Assembly (NCBI RefSeq): GCF_006345805.1
Contig: NW_021833923.1
Span: forward strand, 1-49,941
Reading direction: 5' to 3'
DNA length: 49,941 nt
Source: Octopus sinensis
Taxonomy: Eukaryota
Part shown: positions 36,290 through 48,717 of the stretch, piece by piece
How the letters are laid out: every line of letters begins with the position of its first letter
Numbering within the stretch: the first letter of the stretch is position 1
Made by a program: the position numbers and the translations under genes
Notes under the pieces: model-generated
The model's input: the letters and a program-made list of their open reading frames with translations, nothing else
The model's database searches: none
What the model was told of the DNA's origin: nothing

Positions 36290-36400
36290 AATTAAATGTA
36301 AGTTTGACTTGGGTGAGATTTGAACCCAGAAGAGAAAGAACAAGATAAATACCACCAGGTATTTTGTCTGATGCTCTAAAAATTCTGCCGACTTACTGCC
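36290..36400 (-). mobile_element. tRNA-derived SINE fragment
   Basis: gagatttgaacccagaag...aataccaccaggtattttgtctgatgctctaa resembles a reversed B-box/head region. A similar copy lies at 39200-39400. Confidence 0.5.
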
Positions 36401-36649
36401 CTAAATATATATATATTTATAAAATACTTTATTTTTAATCTATTTGTCAGGAGAAAAAGCAGTGCTCATGACTATTTTTAGGGCTCCAGATACTCATGAA
36501 TGAGAATTATCCATGATTCAGAGATCTGAGTGCTTACAGCACTCAGTAGTATGTTGAGGCCTTGGAGTCATGGACTGGTTACCTAATTTTCATGGAGGAT
36601 ATATGTGACTGAGATTACAATATTACACCCTGAATAAGTCTGTTGCAGT

Positions 36650-36790
36650 GTTACTCATTTACAGCTAAGTGGACTGGTGCAATGTGGAATGAAATGCTTA
36701 CTCAAGAACCAACATTGCTAGGTCCAGCAGCTGAAACTACAACCTTCCGATCATGAGTGCAAAGCCGAAACCATTAAGCCATATGCCTTC
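36650..36790 (-). mobile_element. tRNA-derived CORE-type SINE fragment
   Basis: ttactcatttacagctaagtggactgg...gaaatgcttactcaag...gaaactacaaccttccgatcatgag. Similar copies at ~44560-44710 (minus) and ~40600-40880 (plus). Confidence 0.5.
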
Positions 36791-37154
36791 ATCAACACAG
36801 AGCCAGGAGCCAGTGTTGAACTGACGGTGGGTGGGGGTAGAATAAGTCTGTCTCACAAGAAAACTATGGCTATCCCTTAAAAACCATGGAGTAACCAAAG
36901 GTGTTTAATTAGAGGCTAAACAGCAACAACAACAACTACACCAATGAAAGCAACTTTCCCTTCCAGTCACTCTGATTGGAAAGGAGACAACTTTCAGAGG
37001 AAAGGTTCCTTAGACTAATATTTTATTGCACCTCCCACCCACAAGTATGAATGGCTGTAGGGACTTGAACTCAGCAAATATATATATATATCATCATCAT
37101 CATCATATAATATATTCATACATACATACATATAAATATATACATACATACATG

Positions 37155-37189
<35 letters not shown>

Positions 37190-37788
37190 GACTACATATT
37201 CTTTTCATAAGTGAATGAAAGGAATGGAAGAAGCAGTTGGTGCACTACATATGTTTCAAAAGTGTATGGAATTTCTATCATGTAATGTTAAATATGGTAT
37301 GTAATTTTACCATGCACCTCATATTTAGGAGCAGCTTACTTGTGTTGGGAATCATTTGCAGTAATAAGTAATTTTGGAAAATGTGAAATGGAAGCATATA
37401 CATCTTTTGATTGAAAATAGGAGTGGAAAGTGGTTTTGGCAAACAGCCAATCAAATTTGGATTACTTTATGCATTTAATATAGGACAAAGTGGACGTGTT
37501 GCTACATGAATCAATAAGGTTTTACTGATAGATTATCTTTCACACTTTGTATATACAAGCCTGCTAGGGGAAAATCTATTGTTTTACCACAACCAATGAA
37601 TCCCACTACTTTCACACACACACACACACACATTTATTGAAAGAATGAGAAATGCAAAAAAGGTAAATAAAAATATATTTATGCATATTTTATATTCAAC
37701 TGGAGTTAAATACCATGTGTCATTTCCTTTCCTATGATACTCTAGGGATTCTGCCAGTTTGCTGCATATTTAATGAGTTTTAGTTAAA

Positions 37789-37870
37789 TTCATCATTGCC
37801 ATGTGGTGAAAGCAGTGGACTAGAAATCCATTAAGGTTTCCCCACATAGGTTCAAACCATACTTGTAATG
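37789..37870 (+). pseudogene. tRNA-Ser(AGA) pseudogene / tRNA-derived relic
   Basis: gccatgtggtgaaagcagtGGACTAGAAATCCAttaaggtttccccacataGGTTCAAAcc aligns with canonical eukaryotic tRNA-Ser(AGA), including the long variable arm. Anticodon AGA at 37822-37824. Acceptor stem is disrupted and CpGs have decayed to TpG/CpA. Confidence 0.75.
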
Positions 37871-37929
37871 AATAAATAAAAAAAACTTCAGTATATATAT
37901 TTTTACTTCAGAACATCTATCTATATTTT

Positions 37930-38130
37930 TAACTTGTTTCATTTACTGAACTGCAGTCATGTTGGGGCACAGCCTTCAAGGGTTTGCTCAAAGAAATCGA
38001 ATGACCTGAGTACATATTCTTCAGCCAGGTACTTATTTTTATGCTGAACTCCTAAGATACTGGGATGTAAACAAACCAGCACTTGTTGTCAAGTGGTGGG
38101 GTGGACAAACAAAAAGACCAGACATATACA
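37930..38130 (+). mobile_element. Dispersed repeat, same family as 1735-1905 (probable SINE)
   Basis: acttgtttc...ctgcagtcatgttggggcacagcc...gtaaacaaaccagcacttgttgtcaagtggtgg. Confidence 0.6.
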
Positions 38131-38429
38131 CAAAAATCCATATATTCATACATTATATATATATATATATTTGTAAGGCTTGGCAAGTATCTCAACTGGC
38201 AGGACTGACTACCCTGTCTTCAGGTGCTAATCCTAGCTGGTGAAGGTGCTTGCCTCCCCTTCGCAAATGTAAGGACACAGGAAATGTGTCAAAGGCGACA
38301 GGAAGCGTTGATGCATCCTAGGGCTAAGTAGCAGTGATGTAATTCCCTTTACAGGACTGTCACATTATGTTGACAATATACAACCACTCTCTCTCTCTAT
38401 ATATATATATACACATATATATTCTTATA

Positions 38430-38623
38430 TTTGTTTCAGTCATTTGACTGTGGTCATGCTGGGGCACCACCTTTTTTAGTTGAAGAACACAACCCCAGAA
38501 CTTATTCTTTGTAAGCCTGGCACATTCTATCGGTCTCTTTGCCAAACAGCTAAGTTATGGGAATGTAAATACACCAACATTGGTTGCCAAGCAATTTTGG
38601 GGTGGCAGACAAAGTCACAAAGC

Positions 38624-38625
<2 letters not shown>
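38430..38625 (+). mobile_element. Dispersed repeat, same family (probable SINE), best-preserved copy
   Basis: tttcagtcatttgactgtggtcatgctggggcaccacc...ccccagaacttattctttgtaagcctgg...ctatcggtctc...gtaaatacaccaacattggttgccaagc followed by (TA)n. Short minus-strand head fragments at ~40170-40220 and ~48725-48765. Confidence 0.7.
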
Positions 38626-38679
<54 letters not shown>

Positions 38680-38719
38680 ATATACATACATATATTTACA
38701 CACATACATATGTATATAT

Positions 38720-38884
38720 ATGACAGGCTTCTTTCAGTTTCCATCAACCAAATCCACTCACAAGGCTTTGCTTTCCCAGAGGCTACATTAGAAGACACTT
38801 GCCCAAGGTGCCACTCAGTAGGACTGAACCCAGAACCATGTGGTTGGGAAGCAAGCTTCTTACCACACAGTCATGCCTGTGCCT

Positions 38885-38885
<1 letters not shown>
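38720..38885 (-). mobile_element. tRNA-derived CORE-SINE (OR-like)
   Basis: Reverse complement reads gcatgactgtgTGGTAAGAAGcttgcttcccaaccacatggttctgGGTTCAGTCCtactgagtggcACCTTGGGCAAGTgtc (A box, B box, CORE-like segment). Confidence 0.75.
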
Positions 38886-38920
<35 letters not shown>

Positions 38921-38929
38921 CTGTACATA

Positions 38930-39095
38930 CAACAAGCTTCTTTCAGTTTCTGTCAACTGAATCCACTCACAAAGTTTTTGTTGGTTTGGGGCTATAGTAA
39001 GTCATTTGTCCAAGGTGCCACGCAGTCAGTGGGACTGATCCTGAAGCTATGCAGCTGGGAAGCAAGCTTCTTACCACACATTGATGCCAGCCATA
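38930..39095 (-). mobile_element. Second tandem CORE-SINE copy
   Basis: Same layout as 38720-38885 (cttctttcagttt...ccactcacaaag...ccaaggtgccacgc...ggactga...gcaagcttcttaccacac). A third copy lies at ~42590-42735. Confidence 0.7.
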
Positions 39096-40959
39096 CCTTC
39101 ACTAGAAATATTTGAAAAAATTCAAAATATTCATAATATCACAACACATTTACAGGAGACAAAATCTAAAAAAATATTTCACCCTAAAATTAGAATGAAA
39201 TATTGGTTTCAAATTTGGCACAAGGTCAATTTCAGGGAGGGGTTAAGTCAATTACATCGACCCCAATGCTCAACAGGTGCTTGTTTTATCGACCCTGAAA
39301 GGACAAATGGCAATGTCAACCTCAGTGGAATCTGAACTTACAACACAAAGAGAAACAAAATGCTACTAAGTATTTTGCCAGGCATGATACCTATTCTGTA
39401 AGCTTGCCTCCTGAAACTAGTATGAAATATCAATTTCATGATGTTCTTAGGAAATTAGCTTTGCTTTTTATTGTAACATTAAAAAGGTAATGAAACAAAC
39501 GGTGTTGGTCACAGGATTCTTGATTTGCCACAATGAGTTGCTATATTAAATGGTTAGAAACTTCTGATGTATAAGAATATAAATTTCAAACATTTCTACA
39601 ATGTCACACTTTTTGGAGGTATAGTATATAGTTGCTTAATTTGAACCTAGTACTTGCTTTTTTCAACCCTACTCACCTCAGGAGAATGATAGGCAAAATT
39701 TGACCCCAGATGATGATGATGGGGAAGAGACTGAACACAAAAAAATCTTTCACAAATATTGAAATTTGAAATCATTCAGCAATTTATGATAAATTATTCT
39801 TCAAATAAGATTGTGATTGAAATTTAAATTTTAATTTAAAGAATTCTTTATTTTTTTCTTTTTAAATTACCATCAATTTCATATCTGAATTAAAATTTTC
39901 ATGTCCTTTTTTTTATTCTCATTCCTAGATTTTTTAATTATGAAAATATTTCAGCTTTTGTTAAACTGTAATTCCTCCCAATACAATAAATAAATATATA
40001 AATAGTTAAATAATAAAACATAAAAATAATACAATAATAAAAAGGGAGAAGCAAAAATCATTTAAAATCTAAAATAGAAATTAAAAACTGATAATTTAAT
40101 TAATATATTAATTAAATTATATGCACACAGGCATCATCATCATCATAATTACCATCATCAACAACATCGAATAGGCAGTGCCCCAGTATGGCCATAGTCT
40201 AATGACTGAAACAAGTAAAAAAAGATAAATCACTGTTATAATATTGCCTATTTAAATTTATTATTTATTTTACAGTGACACATATGAAGAGAGGTCTGGC
40301 TTTGATCGACCCTTTAATGTTTAAACCAGGTCCAAATATTGTATGTTTCATGTACAAACTGGCCAGATTCAGCCTTTCACACTTACCCTACTGTGTCATT
40401 CTAAAAATTATACAATCATCAGTGAAATCTCAAAGCTATGAGATAATTCATGTTAAAATTCAAACCAATTTGAATAAATATGCATTATATCTGACAGATG
40501 TTTGAATAATTAGATATTTCAGCTTGTCAATTTAGTTCAGTCTCATCCTGAACACAACTGCTATTCAATAAATACATTTTTTCATTTCATCCTCAACATA
40601 GTTTAAATCTCAAGTAGTACCTTTTCCTGCTCATGATCGTAAGGATGCAAAATTGATTCCTGGTGGCATGTTGTGTCCTTGAGCAAGATGCTTTATTTCA
40701 CATTGCTCAAGTTCACTCAGCTGGCAAAAATGAGGGGTACCTGTAATTCTGTGTCATGCTGAATTACCTTGAGAACTACATTAAGGGTACACATCACAGT
40801 GGGGTGCTCAGCTATTTGCACGTTAATTTTATGAGCATTGATTAGAAAACTGATCGTAATCCTACCTTGCTCACACTCTTTCTTATTACCAGAATAACCA
40901 CTGCTACTCCATACCATTGAAAATTAGAGAAACTTTCCTTTGACATACAAGAAATAGGG

Positions 40960-41228
40960 AAGATTAGAGAAATTCTACCTGGTGGTCATTTGATGTTCAA
41001 GAAACTGCAGCCAAATAGTTCTCAGTGAAGATTAGAGACACTCTTTTTGGTGCTCCTATGACATGCAAAAATTGCAACCAAATTATCCTCAGAGAAAATT
41101 AGAGGAGTTATATCTGGTGGTCATTTGATGTGTAAGAAATTGCTGCCAATTTGTCCTCAGAGAGTATTAGAGAAGCTCTGCTCGATTGTCATTTGATGTG
41201 CAAGAAACTGTAGCCAAAGTGTCTCAAT
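40960..41228. repeat. Degenerate 68-bp minisatellite, 4 copies
   Basis: attagag at 40963, 41031, 41098 and 41166, each followed by ...ggtggtcatttgatgt..aagaaa.tgc.gccaa. Confidence 0.75.
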
Positions 41229-41859
41229 ATAATCAAATCTATTAAAATGTATATTTCTAACAGCACACTGTCTGAATAAAAACCAGGATGGTTGCAGCTG
41301 CATTGTTTTTGACCATGGGTTTATTATTTCAAGCAGAGCTGACATATGACTACATAACAACTTTCCAAATAAACAACTCTACAGTTATTTATCCTTTTAC
41401 AGATATATAGTTATAATATTCTTTTACTCGAGTCTACAAAACTTTAAATTGCATGGAGCTGAGTCAAACTGTTATTAAGTAATATATGTAACAGCAACAG
41501 TTTCTCTAATTACATCTCTACTTTTGTATAGTTTCTTTTTTAAATTTGAAAAATATAATTACTTTTTGTCTGATCAACAACATCTTAGTGAATGGTAGCA
41601 GTTATTGCCCTCACTTCCCTGTTCTAGAAAGGGTAGATGCATTAAAAGGACAGACAAAGGGCACTGTCCCTTCAACTGGAAATTAGACAAGAAAATAAAA
41701 TATTGATACCAAAATATGAGATACAAACAGGTATATGAGGATAATGAAATGTAGACAAAAATGTTGTTTTTTAAAGAAAACTTTTATCTACGTACACACA
41801 TTGATATATTGTGGCAGTGAACTGTTATCGTCCTCATTGCCATCATATAGGTTTGATGG

Positions 41860-42400
41860 GTTTGCTCCAGTACAGCATCCTGCCACTTGTTGCAGATCTT
41901 TGTTGAATTCTCTGAAATAAACCTTTGTCATTTTTTCTCATGCTGTTTTTCTTCCACAATGACCTTCCATTGAAACAGCTTAATCCTTCTTCACGTGTCC
42001 ATACCCTACAAACCATTGTCTCTCTTTCTGACTACAGCTGATATTGTTAATACATTTATACATCAGTGCTCATGCAGCAGCTCTTTTCATTTCCAAACCA
42101 TTGGCACATGCACTATGATTTGCCTGAAATACTTTCAGCCTTTGCATACCTTCCACATTTCCACATTCAGTGCACAGATATTGCTCACTACCATACAATA
42201 TCACACATTGCATACCAACACCATACAATTTGCCTTTCATGTAGACTTAGAAAAAATTTTTCATTGGTATTCAGGTGTGCATTTAGCCTACCAAGGAGGG
42301 TTGAACTCTCAGCTATGGCAAAAGAAACTAACTCAGGAGATAAAGAACTCAGAATGAGGTATATTGTTCATTAAGTCTGCAACAAAAATTTGTACCAACT
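41860..42400 (-). mobile_element. RTE-clade LINE 3' fragment
   Basis: Minus strand shows decayed RTE C-terminal motifs (..YGHV.., VEG.CGR, WQDAVLEQT) similar to the 30759-31300 family. Heavily degraded. Confidence 0.5.
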
Positions 42401-43324
42401 TTCTGCTCTCAGCATTTCCCAAAGGTGTGGCTGGTCCTTCACCATTGAAAACAAAACCCTTCTGTGAATAGCCTAACAGTTATAATATTGGCTATTGGAC
42501 ATCAAGACCATAATGAGAATCCACTACACACACACACACATACAAATATGCATACATATATATTTACATACATGCATACACACACATACACAAATAGTGG
42601 CTTTCACACAGTTCCCATCTATCAATTTCCCTCACAGGGTGTTAGTCAACTTGAGAAACTTGCCCAAGATGTCACACAATGGAACTGAACCCAAAGCTAC
42701 ATGGCTGCAAACCAAATTTCTGAACCCTGCGCCCTTGGGCTTTAAAAAACAACAAATCTCCTTGCAAATACAATGTTATAAAAAGCTTATCTACAGACAA
42801 TTGACTGAAACTAAATATATATATATATATACATAGAAGTATCATTCTAATAACAATGTTATAAAAGAAATTAAAATTCTCTACACACTGAACTGAAAGG
42901 GTTTGCTATCACTGGCCTTACATATCAAACAGTCATATATACTGAATCTACTGTATCAGAGAATGTGATACAAAATTGGTTTCATTGATAGAAAAAAAAA
43001 TTACATTTTCTTTCTTCCTCTCTCTTTCATACAAATATTCTTTGCCAATTAAATTTCTTTAAAATTTTAAGTTTCTGCAGCACTACATGACTAAAGGAGT
43101 TCTCAGACAAACCAATATGTGGATATTAGTTTGTTTCATAAATTCATTTCTTTTTTCATTTATTTTAATCCTTTTGAAAGTTATTTGAATTAACATGAAA
43201 AATATTTTTTATTGGAGTGTCTTAAAGGTTTTTAAAATTTTTTGTAGCACTATTCTTTCTCTACATGTTTTGATCACTGTTTGTAAATTCTGAATACATT
43301 TCATCTGTTTTCAGACATATGATA

Positions 43325-43863
43325 ATGGAGTGTTGAATAGAAAAAAATTTTTTTTAATGAGCATTTTTGACACCTGCTTCTCTTCACTTTCAGTCAAGGT
43401 TCCAAAGTTTCCAATGTTGCCAAAACTACCCATGACATAAGTACTATGTACAGAGAAAGTGCTGTTACTGAAAGAACTGCACAGAAATGGTTTCAGGCTT
43501 GAAGGAAGGGAAATTTAACTTTACAAACTCTCTGAATTCTGGCCTACTTGCTCAGTTCAATGAATATCAAATGGATGGGATCATCCATGAGGATCTGTGC
43601 CAATCCACTTGGGAATTTATCCAGCAGATGAGATACCCTCATGATACCGTTGCCAATCACTTTTACTCAATAAAGGCAATACAGCTGAAATGACCATACT
43701 GGCAACACAGCATGCTTTTTTCATTGCTGTCCAACAGTTTGAAGGACATTTTGCTCAACAACGACATGGAATTGAAAATGTGGCTCAATAAAGTTTGTTA
43801 ATCAAGCTTGTGGAACATTGGCAAAAAATTGTGAACAATGAAGGAGAGAGTATTATTGGATGA
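43325..43863 (+). pseudogene. Internally deleted mariner transposase remnant
   Basis: MEC*IEK..NEHF*HLLLFTFSQGSK...YRESAVTERTAQKWF...GNL...NSGLLAQFNEYQMDGIIHEDLCQSTWE, then the C-terminus LSNSLKDILLNNDMELKMWL...KLVEHWQKIVNNEGESIIG*. Confidence 0.8.
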
Positions 43864-44231
43864 TTTATTAAAACTTGATGACAAATAAGGATTAAAATGA
43901 ACAGGAGAAAGGGAAAACCAGAGAAAAGAATATACACAAGACAGTTATATAGTCTTGTAATCTCCCTAGATACTTGATGAGATAGGTTCATTCTATGAGC
44001 CTACAAAAGTTTAAGTTGCTTGGAGCTGAGTCAGACTGTTATCAAATGATATATGTAACTCCTACCAAATGTCCACTCACTCCTCACTTGTGGATATATA
44101 TATTATATACACTCTTGGATTGGTTAACATTAGGAAGGGCGTCCAGCTGTAGAAACCAAATCAGCTCCTCAGTTTACCAGTTTTCAGTCAGACCCATGCC
44201 AGCATGGAAAACGAATGTTAAATGATGATGA

Positions 44232-44264
<33 letters not shown>

Positions 44265-44931
44265 GTATGTATGTATGTAAATATATATATGCATATAAAT
44301 ATGTATGTGTGTGTGTGTATGAATATGTATATATATGATCTCCAGTTGTGATTTGCACACACATATTACTTGGTCAAGTGTACCATGCTTTTGTTAAGTT
44401 TTTTAGGTGCCCGTTTAGTTGCAAACCAATCATAGAGGCACTCCTAACCTCATCTCACCCTTTCACCAAGGAAAACATCCAGGATGATGAGATGGATGAA
44501 GGGAGAGAGAAAGAGAGCGAGAGTGAGTGACAGAGAGTGGAAAGCTGCATAAGCATTGATTCTGGTAATCATTCACAGATAAGTAAGTTGGAGTATCATG
44601 AAGTAAAGTGACTTACTCAAGGACACAATACAAAATGGCCTGCCTGGTGCAGGACTCCAAACCATGACCTTTTGATCATGAGGTCAAATCCTGAAACACC
44701 AGGTCATAAGACTCCACAGATACATATTTATATGCATGTATGTATGTGTGTGTATATATGTGTACATACACATATATATACATATACCCAGTGTGTTACT
44801 TTTAGGGTATGATGTCTGAAGGTAAATCATTGGCAATTGATGGAAGACTCTTGAAATGTTGGATGCAAAATGGCTTTGGTAAGATTAATTCTTAATTTAT
44901 CATCAAGAATAAGGAATGATAAAGCTTTTGA

Positions 44932-44964
44932 CTACACACACAAACACACACACACACACCAAAC

Positions 44965-44997
<33 letters not shown>

Positions 44998-45012
44998 AAC
45001 ACACACACAAAC

Positions 45013-45043
<31 letters not shown>

Positions 45044-45046
45044 AAC

Positions 45047-45079
<33 letters not shown>

Positions 45080-45091
45080 AACACACACACA

Positions 45092-45143
<52 letters not shown>
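44932..45143. repeat. (CA)n / CACAAA compound microsatellite
   Basis: Directly visible. Produces the spurious HT/CV-rich ORFs. Confidence 0.97.
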
Positions 45144-45352
45144 GAACCTTTTAACCAGGCATATGACAACAATTTTAATTCTATGCACATATACCCAAAT
45201 GAGGGAACCACTACTAGTATGCATTTGACCTGCCAGAAATAGTAGCCAAATCTTCCTTATATTACATCCTGTGATTTTAAAGAAAGGAAGGACAGATTGG
45301 ATAATGAAGTCATAGATACTGTTTGGGTATATAAAAATAAATGAAAAATAAG

Positions 45353-45923
45353 TATTGAGTTGTCAGATAAATTTGTTCATTTTGATCCAATGTTGTTTGA
45401 TTTAACAAGAAAAATATTTTACCATAGTCTTTTATGTTTGAATTTTTTAGCTCTATTTTTCTTCTATAACTTTTGTTTATTTGTTTTAAAATGTGAATAA
45501 ATGTTATCACTTTTGTTGCATATGATGATGGAGCATAAAGAAAAAAATTATGAGCATTTTCGACATCTGCTTCTTTTCCCAATGCTAATTTGACCAAAAA
45601 TGCCATTTAAGAGTTTGGTTGAGATGTTCTACCACACCTACTGCATTCTCTTGATATAGTGCCTTCAGATTATCACCTTCTTCAGTTGCTCTCCAACAAT
45701 CGCTGAGATGTTTTGTTCAGCAACAATGTGGAGTGGAAAACATGGCTCAAGAAATTCTTCCAGTCAAGGCCCTGTGATTTTAACCCCCGAGGCATTAAGA
45801 AATGAGTGTAAATTTGGCAAGAAATCATGAACAATGATGGAGAATATATTACTGTATGATTTGTTAAAATTGTAGAAGAAAAGTAGAATTAAAAAATGAA
45901 TAAATTTATCTGACAATCCAATA
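45353..45923 (+). mobile_element. Non-autonomous mariner derivative with TIRs and TA target duplication
   Basis: TATTGAGTTGTCAGATAAATTT (45353-45374) and AAATTTATCTGACAATCCAATA (45902-45923) are inverted with 2 mismatches, with TA at both outer ends. Internal EHFRHLLL N-terminus and WQEIMNNDGEYIT C-terminus. Confidence 0.85.
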
Positions 45924-46360
45924 AATAAGATTAGATGACAACACATGGAATTTCTTTACTGGTAAGTTCTGCTCGACCAGGGCTGACCAGAGGTTAAACA
46001 ACAACAGTGCATAAGTATGATCAACAATTGAACTGGCAGCAACTAAGATAGGAATTAAAACCAAGAATATTTGATCTTTGGTTTTCTAGCAGTAAATCTG
46101 ATACTATATAAATAGCCACAGCGTTACACTTGACTAATGTCTACATGTATAACAAAATATAGAAAACTATTGGATCTATGAGAGCTAATAAAGAATCTAC
46201 TCATTTTTGCATATATTAATTAAATTAATTTATAAATATGAGAAAAGAAAACAACACAAATGGAGACACAATAACTATAGTGCATAAGCATTTTTAAAGC
46301 ACCAATACTTGCCAACCATAAATGATTGCATATGTGTGCATGCATATATATATATATATG

Positions 46361-46409
<49 letters not shown>

Positions 46410-46547
46410 ATATATATATTATATATATATATATATACAAATAAGTACTAACCCAAACAAGGAATCTGCGTTGACTCAGATGGTCTTCTAAAAGCAATAA
46501 AGCAATCCTCTCTAGGTAATATAATCAGAAAAATAACACACACACAC

Positions 46548-46592
<45 letters not shown>

Positions 46593-46609
46593 TATATATA
46601 TAATATATA

Positions 46610-46951
46610 TTGGTAAAAACGGTAAGATAACAAAAGAAGGAAAGAGACCTCAATATTATGTAAATAGAGGAAATTTATCTGTAAAATAATATGTGACAAT
46701 TATTCAATAGCCAAGATAAAACTCTGAGTTCGGATTCCGAGGTGGAAATCCACAACACCATATTCTCGGTTATCTGGCCATCTAAAAAATGCTATGAAAA
46801 AAACTCATAGCATTTTTCAGATGGCCAGATAACCGAAGAGATGGTGTTGTGGATTTCCACCTCGGAATCCGAACTCAGAGTTTTATCTTGGTTATTGAAT
46901 TATATATATTATCTTGGTTATTGAATATATATATATTATTTTACAGATAAT
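46610..46951. mobile_element. Probable Penelope-like terminal-repeat relic forming a ~200-bp hairpin
   Basis: Arms 46702-46797 and 46805-46900 with a 7-nt loop. The right arm contains a hammerhead-like layout gataa-CCGAAGA-...-GAAC-tcaga-GTT-ttatc. PLE assignment is inference. Confidence 0.5.
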
Positions 46952-47149
46952 ATATATATATATATATATATATCATATATACTTTCTACAAATTATATAC
47001 ATTATTATTATTATTTTTTTGCAATTTACTTAATCATTGACATTTTATTGTTATTTTAATTTTAATATTTCTATTATATGTAATTTTCTAGATGGTGTAA
47101 TTTAATTGTTCATTTTGAATTGATAAAAGGTGTTTTTTTTTCTAATTTT

Positions 47150-47249
47150 ATATATATATAATATATATATATATAATATATATTATATAATATAATATAT
47201 ATATAATATATATATATATAATATATATATATAATATATATATATAATA

Positions 47250-47292
<43 letters not shown>

Positions 47293-47470
47293 ATATATAT
47301 ATAAATATATATATAATATATATATAATTTATATATATATATAATATATATATATATAATACATATATATAATACATATATATATATGTATAATATATAT
47401 TATATAATATCTATATAATATATATTATATAATATATATATAATATATATATATATATAATAATATATAT
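47150..47470. repeat. (TA)n / TAA low-complexity microsatellite
   Basis: Directly visible. Further TA tracts at ~35372-35425, 37140-37190, 38630-38690, 46340-46440, 48603-48722 and 48775-48968. Confidence 0.95.
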
Positions 47471-48279
47471 AATACACGGATGGCGGGTGTGTATGCGTAT
47501 CTTATCTTGGGGAGCTGGTTTGAGATTCTGTTATATTAATATATAATGAATGCGAGTCTATATTGAGTATATGTTGTTCATTTTGGATGAGCATATGAGT
47601 TTTTGCATGTATTTGTTTGGCAGTCTTATATATTAAGTTTATCTTTGTACTCATCTTAATTTGTATTTTATGTTATTTATCTATTTATTTATTTATTTAT
47701 TTATATGTAGATATATACATATATTTCTATTTATTTTTTACTTGTTTATTTATTTATTTACTTATTTATTTTATTTTATTTTATTTTTTTAATATTTTTT
47801 TATTTTATTCTATTTTTTTTAAGTAATAACACTTAGTAATTTGTAATTAATTTAATTTATAATTATTTACTTATATATTATTTAATGGTAAGTCCTGTTA
47901 ACTTATTGTATATGTATTTATACGTCCATTAATATTTAAATATATATATATATGTATGCGAATGTTTGCATACACAGTAAAGGTGAATGTGCGTATGTTT
48001 GTGGATATGCACGAATGTACGTATGTGTGTGTGTATGTGTAGATGTTAATATAATTTTCCTGTACCTATATTGGTTTGCTGGTTAGAGGTTGAATGGAAA
48101 TAAAATGGTAATACAACGATATAGGAGTTTCAGTGATGTGATGGTATGTTTAAGAAATGTACAGTGTTATTTTGATTATATATCGTAGAATAATAACGTA
48201 TTTTGACTATTTACAATTAATTTACTTATATCTTAATTAATAGTATTTTCTGTTAACTTATTGTGTATGTATTTATACG

Positions 48280-48388
48280 TCCTCTTATAATGATTGTACT
48301 TATTGTATTGTATTACTCATTCATGTACGCTGTTTTGTTATATATTTTTATATTTAATCCTAATGTTTTTATGTAGTGGTTTAATAAA
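48280..48388 (+). repeat. 109-bp direct repeat, copy 1 (copy 2 at 49833-49941), ends in AATAAA
   Basis: tcctcttataatgattgtac...gtagtggtttaataaa, one mismatch between copies, offset 1553 bp. Confidence 0.9.
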
Positions 48389-48454
48389 GTATGTGATTGG
48401 GTATTATCTGGTAGTTGATAAATGATTTAGATGTATTTCTCCATTTTCTTATTT

Positions 48455-48488
<34 letters not shown>

Positions 48489-48557
48489 GGAGTAAACACA
48501 TAAATGTGAAACAAGGTGGAAAAAAGAGTACTCAAATACCAGTGGTAGAGTAATATG

Positions 48558-48608
48558 CTTTATTTTAAGCAGCAGAATTTGTTGAATTTTCTGCTGCTTA
48601 AAATAAAG
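48558..48608. repeat. Perfect 20-bp-stem hairpin
   Basis: ctttattttaagcagcagaa - tttgttgaatt - ttctgctgcttaaaataaag. Confidence 0.9.
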
Positions 48609-48617
48609 TATATATAT

Positions 48618-48679
<62 letters not shown>

Positions 48680-48686
48680 AATATAT

Positions 48687-48717
<31 letters not shown>

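Noticed and set aside
44870-45242. HT-rich and CV-rich ORFs; likewise YI-rich ORFs at 38480-38997, 46294-46699 and 48381-49045
   Set aside because: Translations of (CA)n and (TA)n microsatellites.
35400-46500. Possible host-gene exons (several polypyrimidine-AG sites, e.g. ~36180, ~40273, ~43315)
   Set aside because: No exon with a convincing reading frame or recognisable protein outside TE remnants. Cannot be called without RNA evidence.
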